Shown: positions 9,602 through 24,633 of the stretch, piece after piece | Layout: each line of letters begins with the position of its first letter | Position numbering within the stretch: the stretch's first letter is position 1 | NCBI GenBank assembly: GCA_036401335.1 | Contig: DASWVC010000054.1 | Location: 411-64,410 of the forward strand | Length of the DNA: 64,000 nucleotides | Direction of reading: 5' to 3' | Source: Chthoniobacterales bacterium | GTDB taxonomy: Bacteria; Verrucomicrobiota; Verrucomicrobiia; Chthoniobacterales; JAFAMB01 | The notes under the pieces: model-generated | Seen by the model: only the letters and a program-made list of their open reading frames with translations | The model's database searches: none | What the model was told of the DNA's origin: nothing | Translations under genes and position numbers: made by a program

Positions 9602-9640
9602 AAAAGGAGGGTGGCAAAACGTCTGCCACCCTCCCCTTTT
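9602..9640 (-). terminator. intrinsic terminator after rpoC (bidirectional-looking)
   Basis: Hairpin GGAGGGTGGCA (9606-9616) pairs with TGCCACCCTCC (9624-9634). It is flanked by an A-run upstream and a T-run downstream, and lies 8 nt beyond the rpoC stop. Confidence 0.75.
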
Positions 9641-9647
9641 CTAAAGA

Positions 9648-13757
<4,110 letters not shown>

Positions 13758-13910
13758 ATTACCGCCGGTAAATAGTGAGACTGCTCAGGCTGCCGGTTAC
13801 CGAATCCGGCAGGCCAAGGTAAAAACAATTTGTTAATGGATGCGTCCCTGCGGCCGCCAGCGCGTCCCGGCTTCTCACGTCCGGAACACGCCGACCAGCA
13901 ATGCATTGAA

Positions 13911-16900
13911 TCAAAGGGCAGCCGCGGCCACCTCGCCGTCGAGCATGGGTTCGCCGTACCCTTGCTGTGAGGAACGACCGCCGACTTTCACATCCAGCCC
14001 CAGGCTTTGCATTTCCTTGATCAAAACGTTGAACGATTCCGGAGTCCCTGCCTCGAGCGAATTGTCGCCTTTCACAATCGATTCATAGATCCGGGTCCGG
14101 CCCTGCACGTCGTCGGATTTCACCGTCAGGAGTTCCTGCAACGTGTAGGCCGCACCGTACGCCTCAAGCGCCCACACTTCCATCTCGCCGAAACGCTGGC
14201 CGCCGTACTGGGCCTTGCCGCCCAACGGTTGCTGTGTCACCAGCGAGTACGGGCCGACCGCCCGGGCGTGGATTTTGTCCGCAACCAGGTGGCCAAGCTT
14301 CAGCATGTAGATGTACCCAACCACTACCTGCTGTTCAAAGGCATCGCCGGTGCGTCCGTCGTACAACGTGGACTTGCCATTCTCGTTAACCCAGCGAAAA
14401 CCCTCTACTTCCTTGGCTTCCGTCAGGTACTTGCGAATCTCAGGTTCCTCGATGCCGTCGAACACCGGGGTAGCAACTTTGAACCCGAGCGCTTTCGCCG
14501 CCACACCGAGGTGCGTCTCCAGCACCTGACCAACGTTCATCCGGCTCGGCACCCCCAGCGGATTCAACACAATTTCCACCGGCGTTCCGTCGCTCAGGAA
14601 GGGCATGTCTTCCTCGGCCACAATCTTGGCGACAACGCCTTTGTTGCCGTGTCGGCCTGCCATTTTGTCGCCCACGCTCAACTTGCGCTTGCTCGCAATG
14701 TAGACCTTGACCTGTTTGATAATGCCGGGATCGATGTCGTCGCCGCTCTCGATCCGATCAAGGGAGCGTTCTTTCTCGAGGTCCAACTCAGCAAACTTAT
14801 GTTCAAAGGAGCTGATGATCTCGCGGATCTTGTTTCGGATCGGGCTCGGGTCGATGTCGATGTGATCGTACACCCCGGCCAGCTTTCGCAACAACGTCTT
14901 CGTGATCTTCCGGTTAGCCGGGATAATGATTTCTCCCGTCTCCGCATTGACCACATCCAACGGAATCTTTTCTCCCAGCAGAATGTTGGACAACGCCTCG
15001 GTCAGTTCCTCCTGGAGTTCATCCCGTCGCTTTTTGTGGTCCTCAGAAATCTGCTTGGCCTGGCGTTTGGTTTCCGCCGGAGTCAACTTCTGTTTCTGGA
15101 CCTCTTTTCGCGACGAGACCTTCACGTCCATGACGATGCCGTACGTGCCGGAAGGAACGGTCAGAGACGTATCCTTTACATCGGCGGCCTTCTCTCCGAA
15201 GATGGCGCGCAACAGCCGTTCTTCCGGGGCCAGTTCCGTCTCGCTTTTCGGCGTGATTTTACCGACCAGGATGTCGCCCGGCTTGACCTCTGCCCCCACC
15301 CGGATCACGCCGTCGGACCCAAGGTTGCGCAGGGCTTCTTCGCTCACGTTCGGAATGTCACGGGTAATCTCTTCGGGGCCAAGCTTGGTGTCCCGGGCGC
15401 CGATCTCGAACTCATCGATGTGGATGGAGGTGTAGATGTCCTCTTTCACCACTTTCTCCGAGATCAGGATGGCATCTTCAAAGTTGTAGCCGTTCCATGG
15501 CATGAAGGCCACCAGGACGTTGCGGCCCAAGGCCAGCTCACCGTCTTCCGTGTTCGGGCCGTCAGCAATGACCTGCCCCTTTGTTACCTTCTGGCCTTTG
15601 CGAACGATCGGTTTCTGGTTGATGCACGTGCCCGCGTTCGAGCGCATGAATTTCCGCAACTCATAGACGTAGATGCCTTCGTCCGGACGGCTGATCATCT
15701 TTTTCTTGAACTCCGGCACCCTGCCGTCCCGGGTCACGATGATCAGTTCAGCCATGACGGAAGCAACGATCCCGTCTTCCTCGGCCACGATCACGGCTTT
15801 GGAGTCGCGAGCCACCTTCCCTTCAAGCCCGGTGCCCACCAGCGGCGCTTCGGAACGGATCAGCGGCACACCCTGACGCTGCATGTTCGAACCCATCAGC
15901 GCCCGGTTCGCGTCGTCGTGTTCCAGGAACGGAATCAAGCCGGCTGCAACCGAGACCAGCTGTTTCGGCGAGATGTCCATGTAGTGCGCCTTGGAGGGTT
16001 CCACCTCCAAAAAGTCGCCCCGGTAACGGACCGCCACCTTCTCGTCAGTAAAATTTCCTGCCGCATCGATCGGCTGATTGGCCTGGGCCACCAGGTAATT
16101 CTCTTCCCGGTCTGCCGTCAGGTAATCGATCCGATCGGTTACCCGGCTATTCTCGATCCGCCGGTAAGGCGTTTCGATAAAGCCGAACTCGTTGATGCGC
16201 GCAAAGGTGCTCATTGAGCTGATCAGCCCGATGTTAGGACCTTCCGGGGTCTCGATCGGACAGATGCGGCCGTAGTGGGACGGGTGCACGTCGCGCACCT
16301 CGAACCCGGCCCGGTCCCGGCTCAGGCCGCCTGGCCCAAGCGCGGACAGGCGCCGCTTGTGCGTCAGTTCGGCCAAAGGATTGGTCTGGTCCATGAACTG
16401 ACTCAACTGGGAGCGGCCGAAAAAGTCGCGGATCACCGCGCTCAACGCCTTCGGGTTGATCAGCTTCTGTGGGGTCATGCCGTCAATGTTGACGTCGAAA
16501 AGCGTCATCCGCTCTTTCACCAGCCGTTCCGTACGCGCAAGGCCGACCCGGCACTGATTGGCCAGCAGTTCACCCACGGTACGAACGCGGCGGCTGCCCA
16601 GGTGATCGATGTCGTCCAGAATGCCTTCGCCTTTGCGCAGGGTCACCAGGTACTTCATCGCGCCGATAAAATCGTCTTTCGTCAACGTCCGCTCAGCAAG
16701 GTCGACGTTGATGCTCAACTTCTGGTTGATCTTGTAACGGCCGACGCGGCCCAGGTCGTATTTCTTCGGGTCGAAAAACAACCGTTTTAACAAGCCACGG
16801 GCGTTTGCCACCGTCGGCGGATCGCCCGGACGAAGCCGGCGGTAAATATCTTTAAGGGCTTCTTCCTCGTCGTGTGCCGGATCCTTTTTGATCGACTTGA

Positions 16901-17738
16901 TGATGGTGTCGTCGTCCTTCGTATCGACCACGTCGACTTCCTGAACGCCGAGGCTCAGCACCTGCTGGATGGTTGCCTTGGTCAGCGGCTCGAACGCGCG
17001 CGCCACGGTGATCTCCCCGTCCCGCACATCCTGGATCAACACTTTCGTGTTAAGCTCCTCTTCCTCCAGGTCGTTGGTCAGGTGCAGCTTCTGGACCGCG
17101 TAAAAAAGATTGATGATCTCCGCGTCACTCCCATAACCGACGGCCCGCAAGAACGTGGTGGCCAAAAATTTCCGCCGGCGTTTGCGCCGGTCCAGGTAGA
17201 TGTACAGCAGGTCATTGGTGTCAAACTGGACTTCCAGCCAGGAACCACGGTCCGGGATGATCCGGAAGCTGTACAGCACCTTGCCGTTAAGGTGAACGGA
17301 GGATTCAAACGCAATACCGGGCGAACGGTGCAATTGGCTTACCACCACACGCTCGGCGCCATTGATCACAAAGGTGCCTTGAGGCGTCATGAGCGGGATC
17401 TCGCCCATGTAAACCTTCTCTTCCTTCGTGCCTTTCTCATCGCGCAGCTGAAACGTGACGTGCAACGGGGCACTGAATGTCTGGCCCTCGCGTTGGCACT
17501 CCAACGCAGACATCTTCGGATCGCCGATGTCGTAATTGACGAAATCCAGGACGACTTTGTCGTCGTAGCTTTGAATCGGGAAAACTTCCCTGAAAACGGC
17601 CTGCAGGCCGACGTTCTTCCGTTTGCTCAACGGCACGTCTTTCTGCAGAAATTCCACGTACGAATTGAGTTGAACCTCGATGAGGTTGGGCGGATCGATC
17701 GCCTCCTTGATTTTTCCGAAATAGATGCGCTCTGACAT
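13911..17738 (-). CDS. rpoB: DNA-directed RNA polymerase subunit beta
   Basis: ORF 13911-17795; start taken at MSERIYFGK (17738). Rif-cluster region [34 protein letters not shown] and [13 protein letters not shown]. Confidence 0.97.
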   Translation of the reverse strand: MSERIYFGKIKEAIDPPNLIEVQLNSYVEFLQKDVPLSKRKNVGLQAVFREVFPIQSYDDKVVLDFVNYDIGDPKMSALECQREGQTFSAPLHVTFQLRDEKGTKEEKVYMGEIPLMTPQGTFVINGAERVVVSQLHRSPGIAFESSVHLNGKVLYSFRIIPDRGSWLEVQFDTNDLLYIYLDRRKRRRKFLATTFLRAVGYGSDAEIINLFYAVQKLHLTNDLEEEELNTKVLIQDVRDGEITVARAFEPLTKATIQQVLSLGVQEVDVVDTKDDDTIIKSIKKDPAHDEEEALKDIYRRLRPGDPPTVANARGLLKRLFFDPKKYDLGRVGRYKINQKLSINVDLAERTLTKDDFIGAMKYLVTLRKGEGILDDIDHLGSRRVRTVGELLANQCRVGLARTERLVKERMTLFDVNIDGMTPQKLINPKALSAVIRDFFGRSQLSQFMDQTNPLAELTHKRRLSALGPGGLSRDRAGFEVRDVHPSHYGRICPIETPEGPNIGLISSMSTFARINEFGFIETPYRRIENSRVTDRIDYLTADREENYLVAQANQPIDAAGNFTDEKVAVRYRGDFLEVEPSKAHYMDISPKQLVSVAAGLIPFLEHDDANRALMGSNMQRQGVPLIRSEAPLVGTGLEGKVARDSKAVIVAEEDGIVASVMAELIIVTRDGRVPEFKKKMISRPDEGIYVYELRKFMRSNAGTCINQKPIVRKGQKVTKGQVIADGPNTEDGELALGRNVLVAFMPWNGYNFEDAILISEKVVKEDIYTSIHIDEFEIGARDTKLGPEEITRDIPNVSEEALRNLGSDGVIRVGAEVKPGDILVGKITPKSETELAPEERLLRAIFGEKAADVKDTSLTVPSGTYGIVMDVKVSSRKEVQKQKLTPAETKRQAKQISEDHKKRRDELQEELTEALSNILLGEKIPLDVVNAETGEIIIPANRKITKTLLRKLAGVYDHIDIDPSPIRNKIREIISSFEHKFAELDLEKERSLDRIESGDDIDPGIIKQVKVYIASKRKLSVGDKMAGRHGNKGVVAKIVAEEDMPFLSDGTPVEIVLNPLGVPSRMNVGQVLETHLGVAAKALGFKVATPVFDGIEEPEIRKYLTEAKEVEGFRWVNENGKSTLYDGRTGDAFEQQVVVGYIYMLKLGHLVADKIHARAVGPYSLVTQQPLGGKAQYGGQRFGEMEVWALEAYGAAYTLQELLTVKSDDVQGRTRIYESIVKGDNSLEAGTPESFNVLIKEMQSLGLDVKVGGRSSQQGYGEPMLDGEVAAAAL

Positions 17739-18128
17739 ACAAGATCGTGTTCTTTGTCCGAACCGGGACTTAAACGCTGCCCAACCGAAAGCCACCCTTG
17801 AGATGGAAACCGGGACGGCAAAGGGGAACAGAAATAGCCCCAGACAGGAGCATTGTCAAATGCACCTCGTGCGTGGAGCCAACAGCCGTGACTGTGAAAT
17901 TAAACTGCCGAGCGATATCTCGAGTTCCCCCGCGGTTAACGGAGCCCCAATTGTACGTTGAAATGCTCGGGTTGCAAGGGATTTTTACGGGGGAACAGCT
18001 GCCGCGTAAAAGGGCCGCCCGTCCCTTGCCGGCCTGCCCGGCGGCGAAGGGACTCCCCGACCTGCGGCAATACCTCCTTCCGCTTCGTTTGCCTTGGCTC
18101 GGAAGCTTCAATTACGACAGTTTTGATC

Positions 18129-19424
18129 ATGCTGAACAAACGCTGGACGATGATTTTTCTCTGCTTCCTTGCAAACGCGATCAATTTCATCGACCGCGCC
18201 AACCTCGCCATCGCGGCGCCAACCATTCGCACCGACTTAAAGCTCGATGCGGCCGTCATGGGTGTGGTCTTGAGCGCCTTCTTCTGGACCTATGCAGGTT
18301 TGCAAATGCCGGCAGGATGGTTCATCGACAAAGTGGGCGTACGCGTCAGCCTGGCACTCGCGGTAGGCTGGTGGTCACTCTTCACCATGAGCACGGGCCT
18401 TGCCCGTGGCATTGGCCAACTCATGGGAGCGCGCTTCCTCTTGGGCGCCGGCGAGGCGGCCGCCATTCCGTCGTTTGCCAAAGTGGCCTTCAACTGGTTC
18501 CCCCGAAAGGAACGGGGCCTGGCCTGTAGTATTTTCGACAGTGGTTCGCGCGTCGGCTCCGCCCTTTCACTTCCCCTGGTGGCTTGGCTGATTGTCACGC
18601 TGGGCTGGCGAGGGTCGTTTGTGGTGACGGGATTGATCGGCCTGATCTGGGCACTCGTCTGGTGGTTTATTTATCGCGACCCGGAACACTACCGTTCCAT
18701 TGCCCCGGAGGCCGTTGACGCGCTTCTGGCCGAACGCGGGACGCCGCTGAACACGAATCCTGAAACGAGGGTTTCATGGCTGGATTTGTTCCGCTACCGG
18801 ACCGTCTGGGGCATGATGATCGGCCTGTTCTGTTTGAATTTTACGATCTACTTTTACATCACTTGGTTTCCCAGTTACCTGCTCCAAGCCCGCGGATTTT
18901 CTCTCGCGTCGCTCGGCACACTCGGCATGCTGCCGGCCTTATTGGCAATTCCCGCGGGCTGGCTCGGCGGCTTCACTTCCGATAGTTTGATGAGACGTGG
19001 CTGGGGTGCCACCGCCGCACGCAAGACTTGCCTGGTGTCCGGCATGCTTGCGTCTTCGTCGATCAGCTTGTCTGCGTTTGTGGAGAGTACCGGCGCTTGT
19101 TTGGCCCTTTTGTCCCTGGCGTACGCGGGCCTGTCTTTCGCGGGGGCCAACGTGTGGACCCTTCCAGGCGAGGTGGCGCCGGCGCCGAAGTACGTGGCCT
19201 CGCTTGGGGGTATCCAGAATTTCGCGGGGAACCTTGCGGGCATCGTGACCAGCACCTTTACCGGCGTGATGCTGACGGTGACGAAAGGATCGTTCGTCGT
19301 TCCCCTCGCCGTTGCCGGCGGTTTGTGCGTCGTCGGCAGCCTTGCTTACCTTTTCGTTGTTGGGAAAATCGAGCCTCTGCCCGCGTTGCCCCCGCGACGG
19401 AGGAAGTCAGTGACAGATCGTTAA
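18129..19424 (+). CDS. MFS transporter (anion:cation symporter-like)
   Basis: ORF 17958-19424; start taken at MLNKRWTMIFLCFLANAINFIDRANL (18129). About 12 predicted TM helices. The FIDR motif is typical of ACS-family MFS permeases. Confidence 0.8.
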   Translation: MLNKRWTMIFLCFLANAINFIDRANLAIAAPTIRTDLKLDAAVMGVVLSAFFWTYAGLQMPAGWFIDKVGVRVSLALAVGWWSLFTMSTGLARGIGQLMGARFLLGAGEAAAIPSFAKVAFNWFPRKERGLACSIFDSGSRVGSALSLPLVAWLIVTLGWRGSFVVTGLIGLIWALVWWFIYRDPEHYRSIAPEAVDALLAERGTPLNTNPETRVSWLDLFRYRTVWGMMIGLFCLNFTIYFYITWFPSYLLQARGFSLASLGTLGMLPALLAIPAGWLGGFTSDSLMRRGWGATAARKTCLVSGMLASSSISLSAFVESTGACLALLSLAYAGLSFAGANVWTLPGEVAPAPKYVASLGGIQNFAGNLAGIVTSTFTGVMLTVTKGSFVVPLAVAGGLCVVGSLAYLFVVGKIEPLPALPPRRRKSVTDR

Positions 19425-19443
19425 GGGTCACCGTGCATATGCC

Positions 19444-20130
19444 TTAGAACTCGAGGGACTGGCCCGGATCCAGGACCAGGATTTCCGTCCTGCTCCCCGA
19501 GGCAAGGCGTTTGAACTCCTTGGGGTCGCCGATGAGGGGCGGAAACGTGCCGTAATGAATCGGAATCGCGCGTTTGGCTTGCAGGAATTCAACGGCTTTG
19601 GCGGCATCTTTCGGCCCCATGGTAAAGTGGTCGCCGATCGGCAACATGGCCAGTTCAAGCGGCACGTCCTCGCCGATCAGGCGCATGTCGGAGAAGAGCG
19701 CCGTATCGCCCGCGTGGTAGAGGTATTTGCCTTCCAGTTCAAGAACCAGCCCTGCGGCTTCGCCGAGGTACAGCGGCCTGCCGCCCTCCTCGATCAGGGA
19801 TGAACTGTGAAAGGCCACCGTGAATTTGACAGCCCCGAAAGGCAGCTTCAACCAGCCCCCGTGATTGACAGGAATGGTCTTGAGACCCTGAGCTCCCAGG
19901 TAGGTCGCGAGCTCGAACGTAGTAACAACGGTTGCGCCGGCACGTTTACCAATGGCGGGCGCGTCCCCGACGTGGTCCGAATGCCCGTGGGTAAGAAAAA
20001 TGAACTCCGGGTCAAATGCCTCGGGCTTGGCCGAGGCTTTGGGATTGTCGCTCAGGAAAGGGTCAATCAGGATTTTTGTCTGACCGCCTTCAATCCAAAA
20101 CGCGGAATGTCCAAGATAGGTCACCTTCAT
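19444..20130 (-). CDS. metallo-beta-lactamase-fold hydrolase (UPF0173-like)
   Basis: 228 aa. MKVTYLGHSAF...ILIDPF and THGHSDH metal-binding motifs. Confidence 0.8.
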   Translation of the reverse strand: MKVTYLGHSAFWIEGGQTKILIDPFLSDNPKASAKPEAFDPEFIFLTHGHSDHVGDAPAIGKRAGATVVTTFELATYLGAQGLKTIPVNHGGWLKLPFGAVKFTVAFHSSSLIEEGGRPLYLGEAAGLVLELEGKYLYHAGDTALFSDMRLIGEDVPLELAMLPIGDHFTMGPKDAAKAVEFLQAKRAIPIHYGTFPPLIGDPKEFKRLASGSRTEILVLDPGQSLEF

Positions 20131-20459
20131 CGGGTAGGGTATACCCTTCGTCCCACCCCAACCAATGCGGTGTGAACGAAGGAGCCATTTCTACGCCGCC
20201 CGTTGGGCAAGCCCCAGCCCTGACTGAGCCATCGCCGGTGGCGAGCTTGAGTCCAGCACCTTGACCATTGCTGGATCCGGCCCGCAACGAGTTCGAGGGG
20301 ACGCTGGCCACACGTTTTTTTCCTTCCCGTGATGCCCTCCACGTGATCGATTTGGACGTGATGATCACGTCGAAACAACGGCCGAGCCGCCGCGCCATTT
20401 GGCGGATTGTGGGCGAAGGTGCAGTCACCTCAAACGGATTCTCTATTTCTGTGAAGGCT

Positions 20460-20852
20460 ATGAAAACGCGCGCATTTCGGCTCATTTTGCCTGCAGTCCT
20501 TGGCGCGGCGCTGGCGGGTTGCGGCACCACGCGACGGCAAGCGCCCGAAATGGGTGCCGGGAACTCGACACCGGCCACCGCAAACCCTCAGGCAACCTAC
20601 TTGGTGACGCGCGGCCAACACGTTTTTTACACCAACTGTTCCAGGTGTCACCCCGGCGGCGAACGTGGCAGGGGCCCGGCCCTTAACAATAAGCCACTGC
20701 CCGATTTTGCGATCCGCTTCCAGGTGCGACATGGCGGGGGTGGGATGCCGGCCTTTCCCGAATCGGCTTTATCCAACAACGATCTGGAAGCGGTAATCGC
20801 GTACCTGAAAACCCTCCGGCACCACCGGCCGGCTAATCAGGTTGCACGGTGA
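20460..20852 (+). CDS. monohaem c-type cytochrome lipoprotein
   Basis: ORF 20268-20852; start taken at MKTRAFRLILPAVLGAALAGCG (signal peptide plus lipobox). Haem-binding CSRCH and distal GGGMPAF. Confidence 0.7.
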   Translation: MKTRAFRLILPAVLGAALAGCGTTRRQAPEMGAGNSTPATANPQATYLVTRGQHVFYTNCSRCHPGGERGRGPALNNKPLPDFAIRFQVRHGGGGMPAFPESALSNNDLEAVIAYLKTLRHHRPANQVAR

Positions 20853-20949
20853 ACGGTCGGCTCAAGTTCCAAAGGGGATGTTCGACGCCCGGCAACGTCC
20901 AATCGTTTAACGGGCAAGACCAGAGGTTTTGCCCTCGAGCGGCCTTCCT

Positions 20950-21240
20950 TTACCGATGACCCCCTCCATGGAATCCTCCGGCCCGGTTCCCTCCGTGAAA
21001 TCCTCCCGCCGGGGCAAAGTGGCGGACGTCGTAGCTTCGGCCATGAAAATTCCCGTCACGGAAGCCCCCGACCGCAAAACCGTCGCCAAGCAAGGGTCCG
21101 CAATCCGGATCATAGGGGCCAAACCCGCCGTAGTAAGGGCGATAGCCGAAACTTCTCGCGTAACCGTGCGCCGCGGCCTTTTGGTTCAGGGGCAAAAGGA
21201 CGCCAGCGACGACAAGCAAACCGAACAGAAACGTTTTCAT
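20950..21240 (-). CDS. hypothetical secreted Gly/His-rich small protein
   Basis: Signal-peptide-like MKTFLFGLLVVAGVLL, then G/F/H/Y-rich low-complexity sequence. It overlaps the 3' end of ORF 21110-21922 in another frame, so one of the two calls is doubtful. Confidence 0.35.
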   Translation of the reverse strand: MKTFLFGLLVVAGVLLPLNQKAAAHGYARSFGYRPYYGGFGPYDPDCGPLLGDGFAVGGFRDGNFHGRSYDVRHFAPAGGFHGGNRAGGFHGGGHR

Positions 21241-21922
21241 GACCAACGATTCTAGACCCGGCTCTTAAAGCCCGGCCGTTTCGTGCCCCAGCGGCCGTGA
21301 TCCTTGTCTCAACGGTCGCGAACTCCGCCATGGCACGTTTGTGCCAGTCGCGGGTTCGTTCCCACAGCGTCACGACGAAAGTCTCGGGCTCCACCGTCAA
21401 CTTCTCGTGACTTAGGAAGCGGACGTCGGCAGCCCGAAGAAAGTCTTCCACAGACTTCTTCTTCCCGTGCTTGCCAGCCACTCGACCGCGGTCAGGACCG
21501 AGCGACGCGACAATCTGATCGAAAAGGTGATCGATGGGGGGATTGAAGGCGAATACGGCGATCGCCATGCTGCCGGCGACAACCATCCAAGCGGCTTCCA
21601 ACCTTGGCGCAGTGATTACGACCAAGAAGCAAACGATCAGAATTTCAAGTGGTCGAGGCAGATTTTCGACCAGACAATAGATCCAATCATGCGACACAAC
21701 GACGTCCATGATAAAACTACGTAGTAAATCCTCCCCAAGCATCCCATAGATGGCCGAGAATATGAGCCATTTTACGAAAAAGCCGATTCCATCAAAATGG
21801 GTTCTGGCGAGCCGGAAAAATGCAGTCACTGCAATTACGGACAGGGACTCGTTCAGCAGGACGGCGATCCTGCCGACATTGGCGTTGGCGGGGTGAGGAA
21901 TGCCGAATCTATCGAGCATCAA
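21110..21922 (-). CDS. hypothetical membrane protein
   Basis: 270-aa ORF. The N-terminal approximately 140 aa are hydrophobic (about 4 helices). No family recognised. The C-terminal approximately 45 codons overlap the neighbouring ORF. Confidence 0.35.
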   Translation of the reverse strand: MMLDRFGIPHPANANVGRIAVLLNESLSVIAVTAFFRLARTHFDGIGFFVKWLIFSAIYGMLGEDLLRSFIMDVVVSHDWIYCLVENLPRPLEILIVCFLVVITAPRLEAAWMVVAGSMAIAVFAFNPPIDHLFDQIVASLGPDRGRVAGKHGKKKSVEDFLRAADVRFLSHEKLTVEPETFVVTLWERTRDWHKRAMAEFATVETRITAAGARNGRALRAGSRIVGHENVSVRFACRRWRPFAPEPKGRGARLREKFRLSPLLRRVWPL

Positions 21923-22202
21923 GATGTGGATGCTGAGCGACAGAATTGTCGTTCGGTATCAGGGTCAGGACGTGCTTTCACGCTGCGGTCTGCGGAAAAT
22001 CGAGAGCTGTAGAACGGCTGAAAACTTCAGAGCTGCGGCACGCCACGAGCGACCTGCCAGCAACGCAGCACGCCCACGGTCTTTTCGGCGTCGTTCAAAC
22101 GCTCGATACCCCGGCCGGCAAGAGACTGCCCGCCCTACCGAACCGGGGCTTCCCTTACTTAGTCCAGCCGCATACGCACTTCGCGGGACGGCCATCCCCG
22201 AC

Positions 22203-22232
22203 AAAAAAGCGCCCGGGTAAAAACCCGGGCGC
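22203..22232 (-). terminator. intrinsic terminator after rplL
   Basis: Perfect 9-bp GC stem GCGCCCGGG (22209-22217) pairs with CCCGGGCGC (22224-22232) around a 6-nt loop. It is followed on the minus strand by TTTTTT (22203-22208), 35 nt past the rplL stop. Confidence 0.85.
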
Positions 22233-22266
22233 CGCGACCGCAAGCCTGCGTGACAACCAATCGAGG

Positions 22267-22653
22267 CTACTTGACCTCGACTTTGGCGCCAGCAGCTTCG
22301 ACCTTTTTCTTGATTTCTTCGGCTTCTTCCTTCGGAATGCCTTCCTTGATCGGCTTGGGTGCCCCTTCCACGAGGGCTTTGGCGTCCGCTAGGCCCAAAC
22401 CCGCCACCGAGGCCCGAACCTCTTTGATGACGGCGATCTTGTTCGGCCCGATCTCAGTGAGGATCACGTCGAACTGGGTCTTTTCTTCAACCACCGGAGC
22501 CGCAGCCGCCCCGGCCGCAGCCGGACCTGCAGCCACCGCCACTGGCGCAGCGGCACTCACGCCCCATTTATCTTCAAGCTTTTTGACGAGTTCAGCGATC
22601 TCCAAAACCGTCAGGCCGCTAAGCTGTTCTACGAGTTGTTCAGTATCTGCCAT
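22267..22653 (-). CDS. rplL: 50S ribosomal protein L7/L12
   Basis: 128 aa. Ala-rich hinge and C-terminal KEVRA...[16 protein letters not shown]...[20 protein letters not shown]. Confidence 0.95.
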   Translation of the reverse strand: MADTEQLVEQLSGLTVLEIAELVKKLEDKWGVSAAAPVAVAAGPAAAGAAAAPVVEEKTQFDVILTEIGPNKIAVIKEVRASVAGLGLADAKALVEGAPKPIKEGIPKEEAEEIKKKVEAAGAKVEVK

Positions 22654-22854
22654 GTTGCCTTTTGTTGGTTGCGTCGCGCTCCCGAAGCCTCAGGGGCATT
22701 TAAGATCCCGCAGCCGCGAGACCCGACGAAGGACCGTTTTCTGGTTAATCGCAGCGCGTGGCTTCTGGCACGTTGCGAGGATTACAAAGCCGCCCGCAAG
22801 AATTGCCGCGACGCGCACGTTTGCGGCCCTTCTGGACGGGTGACCTTTTAAAAA

Positions 22855-23379
22855 TCATTGCGCAGCCGCACCCTCCTGCTCAAGCCTGGCCTGCAGTAAC
22901 CGGGCCAGCGAGGCGCCCGGTTCGTTCAGCACGGTCACAAACTTCTGCAGCGGCGATTTGAGAACGCCCAACAACTGGGCCTGCAGCACCCCTTTTGCCG
23001 GCAGGTCGGCCAATGCCTGCACCTGATCACTTGAAATCACCGCCTGGGCAAGAACGCCAAGCCTGACCTCTGGTTTTTTAAATTCGGTCGAAAAAACCTT
23101 AATGACCTTTGCCGCCGCGCTGATGTCGCTGTCGCCGGTCACAATGGCCGTCTGGCCGGTAAGCCGGTCGCCCAAATCAGGGTACCCAACCTCCAAGGCA
23201 GCTTTCCGCAGGAACGTGTTCTTGACGACCTTGCACTGGGCTCCCACCCCGGCCAACCGGGTCCGCAGCTCCGCGAATTGCAGCACGTTCATGCCACGGT
23301 ACTCCGTCACGATCAGGAACGGGGACGCGTTCAGCCGGTTCGAAAGGTCTTCGACAATGCTTCTTTTTTCTGGTCTCAT
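22855..23379 (-). CDS. rplJ: 50S ribosomal protein L10
   Basis: ORF 22855-23529; start taken at MRPEKRSIVEDL (23379), 17 nt after the rplA stop. Typical L10 N-terminus and position. Confidence 0.9.
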   Translation of the reverse strand: MRPEKRSIVEDLSNRLNASPFLIVTEYRGMNVLQFAELRTRLAGVGAQCKVVKNTFLRKAALEVGYPDLGDRLTGQTAIVTGDSDISAAAKVIKVFSTEFKKPEVRLGVLAQAVISSDQVQALADLPAKGVLQAQLLGVLKSPLQKFVTVLNEPGASLARLLQARLEQEGAAAQ

Positions 23380-23396
23380 TTTACCGGGGACTCCGT

Positions 23397-24098
23397 TTAG
23401 CCGGCGTAGGGTGCGGCATCCACCTGCAGCCCGGGCGTCATGGTGGCACTCACCGTCAGGTTGTGAACAAACTTGCCTTTTGCAGCCGCCGGACGTGCTT
23501 TGACCACCGCATCGATCACCGCCGTGCAATTCTCGACCAAAGCCTGCGGCTCAAAGGAGAACTTCCCAAACGGCACCGCAACGTTACCGTTTTTATCCAG
23601 TTTGAACTCGACCCGGCCCGCCTTGACTTCCCGGACGGCCCGTCCCGTGTCGTCGGTGACGGTCCCGGTTTTCGGGTTGGGCATCAGCCCGCGCGGCCCA
23701 AGCACCTTCCCGAGTTTCCGCACCTCCGACATGGCCGCGGGGGTGGCAATGGCCACATCGAAATCCTGAAAACCTGCCTGGCATTTCTTGATTAAATCTT
23801 CAAACCCGATGTACTCGGCCCCTGCGCTGCGTGCCGCTTCGGCGGCCTGCCCTTGCGCAAAGACCAATACCCGTACCTGTTTGCCGCTGCCGTGAGGCAA
23901 GGGACAGGTGCCGCGAACCATCTGGTCAGATTGACGAGGATCCACGCCGAGGCGGAACGAAAGGGTGACCGTCTGGTCGAACTTGGTCGGAGGCAGTTGT
24001 TTCAACTGGGAAAGCGCCTCATCCAACGAATAGATTTTATCGGCCTGAACCAGCTTTAGGCAGGCACGGTAACGCTTGCTGCGTTTCTCTGTTTTCAT
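23397..24098 (-). CDS. rplA: 50S ribosomal protein L1
   Basis: 233 aa. SKRYRA...FDQTV...[14 protein letters not shown] and [14 protein letters not shown] motifs. Confidence 0.95.
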   Translation of the reverse strand: MKTEKRSKRYRACLKLVQADKIYSLDEALSQLKQLPPTKFDQTVTLSFRLGVDPRQSDQMVRGTCPLPHGSGKQVRVLVFAQGQAAEAARSAGAEYIGFEDLIKKCQAGFQDFDVAIATPAAMSEVRKLGKVLGPRGLMPNPKTGTVTDDTGRAVREVKAGRVEFKLDKNGNVAVPFGKFSFEPQALVENCTAVIDAVVKARPAAAKGKFVHNLTVSATMTPGLQVDAAPYAG

Positions 24099-24198
24099 AA
24101 TCTATGGCAGTCTTGACGGCCTTTTTCGGCCTCCTGCGAAGGGTCAAACGCCCAGCCAACCCGCCGTGAGCCGCGGTGTCATCCCTTCAAAAATTGTT

Positions 24199-24624
24199 TT
24201 AGTCCACCACTTCAATGCCCATCTGCCGGGCGGTCCCGACCAACGTACGGTAAGCCGCTTCCTCGGTCCCTGCGTTCATGTCCTTGATCTTCACCTTTAC
24301 AATGTCCATCACCTGTTTTTTGGTGAGTTGGCCGACCTTGGTTTTGTTTGGCTCTTTAGATCCAGCGGCAATGTTGGCTGCCTTCTTGAGAAGGATCGCC
24401 GCCGGTGGGGATTTCGTGATGAACGTGAACGATTTGTCCTTATAAACCGTGATGACCACGGGCAAAATGTCGCCCACTTGCTTCTGGGTGGTGGCGTTAA
24501 ACTCTTTGCAGAACGCCATGATGTTAACGCCATTCTGACCCAGAGCAGGTCCGACCGGAGGCGCCGGGTTGGCTTGGCCGCCTGGAATCTGCAGCTTGAT
24601 TGTTGCCACAACTTCTTTCGCCAT
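24199..24624 (-). CDS. rplK: 50S ribosomal protein L11
   Basis: 141 aa. [34 protein letters not shown] motif. Confidence 0.95.
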   Translation of the reverse strand: MAKEVVATIKLQIPGGQANPAPPVGPALGQNGVNIMAFCKEFNATTQKQVGDILPVVITVYKDKSFTFITKSPPAAILLKKAANIAAGSKEPNKTKVGQLTKKQVMDIVKVKIKDMNAGTEEAAYRTLVGTARQMGIEVVD

Positions 24625-24633
24625 ATCTAGATA

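Noticed and set aside
14007-16217. 736-aa plus-strand ORF inside rpoB (and similar ORFs at 16275-16790 and 16872-17735)
   Set aside because: It is antisense to an unambiguous rpoB. The translation is low-complexity and R/H/L/V/D-rich with no motifs, which is the typical long antisense ORF of GC-rich DNA.
17958-18128. 57-codon N-terminal extension of the MFS transporter in the ORF track
   Set aside because: The extension is Arg/Cys/Pro-rich and non-hydrophobic. ATG 18129 gives a typical MFS N-terminus.
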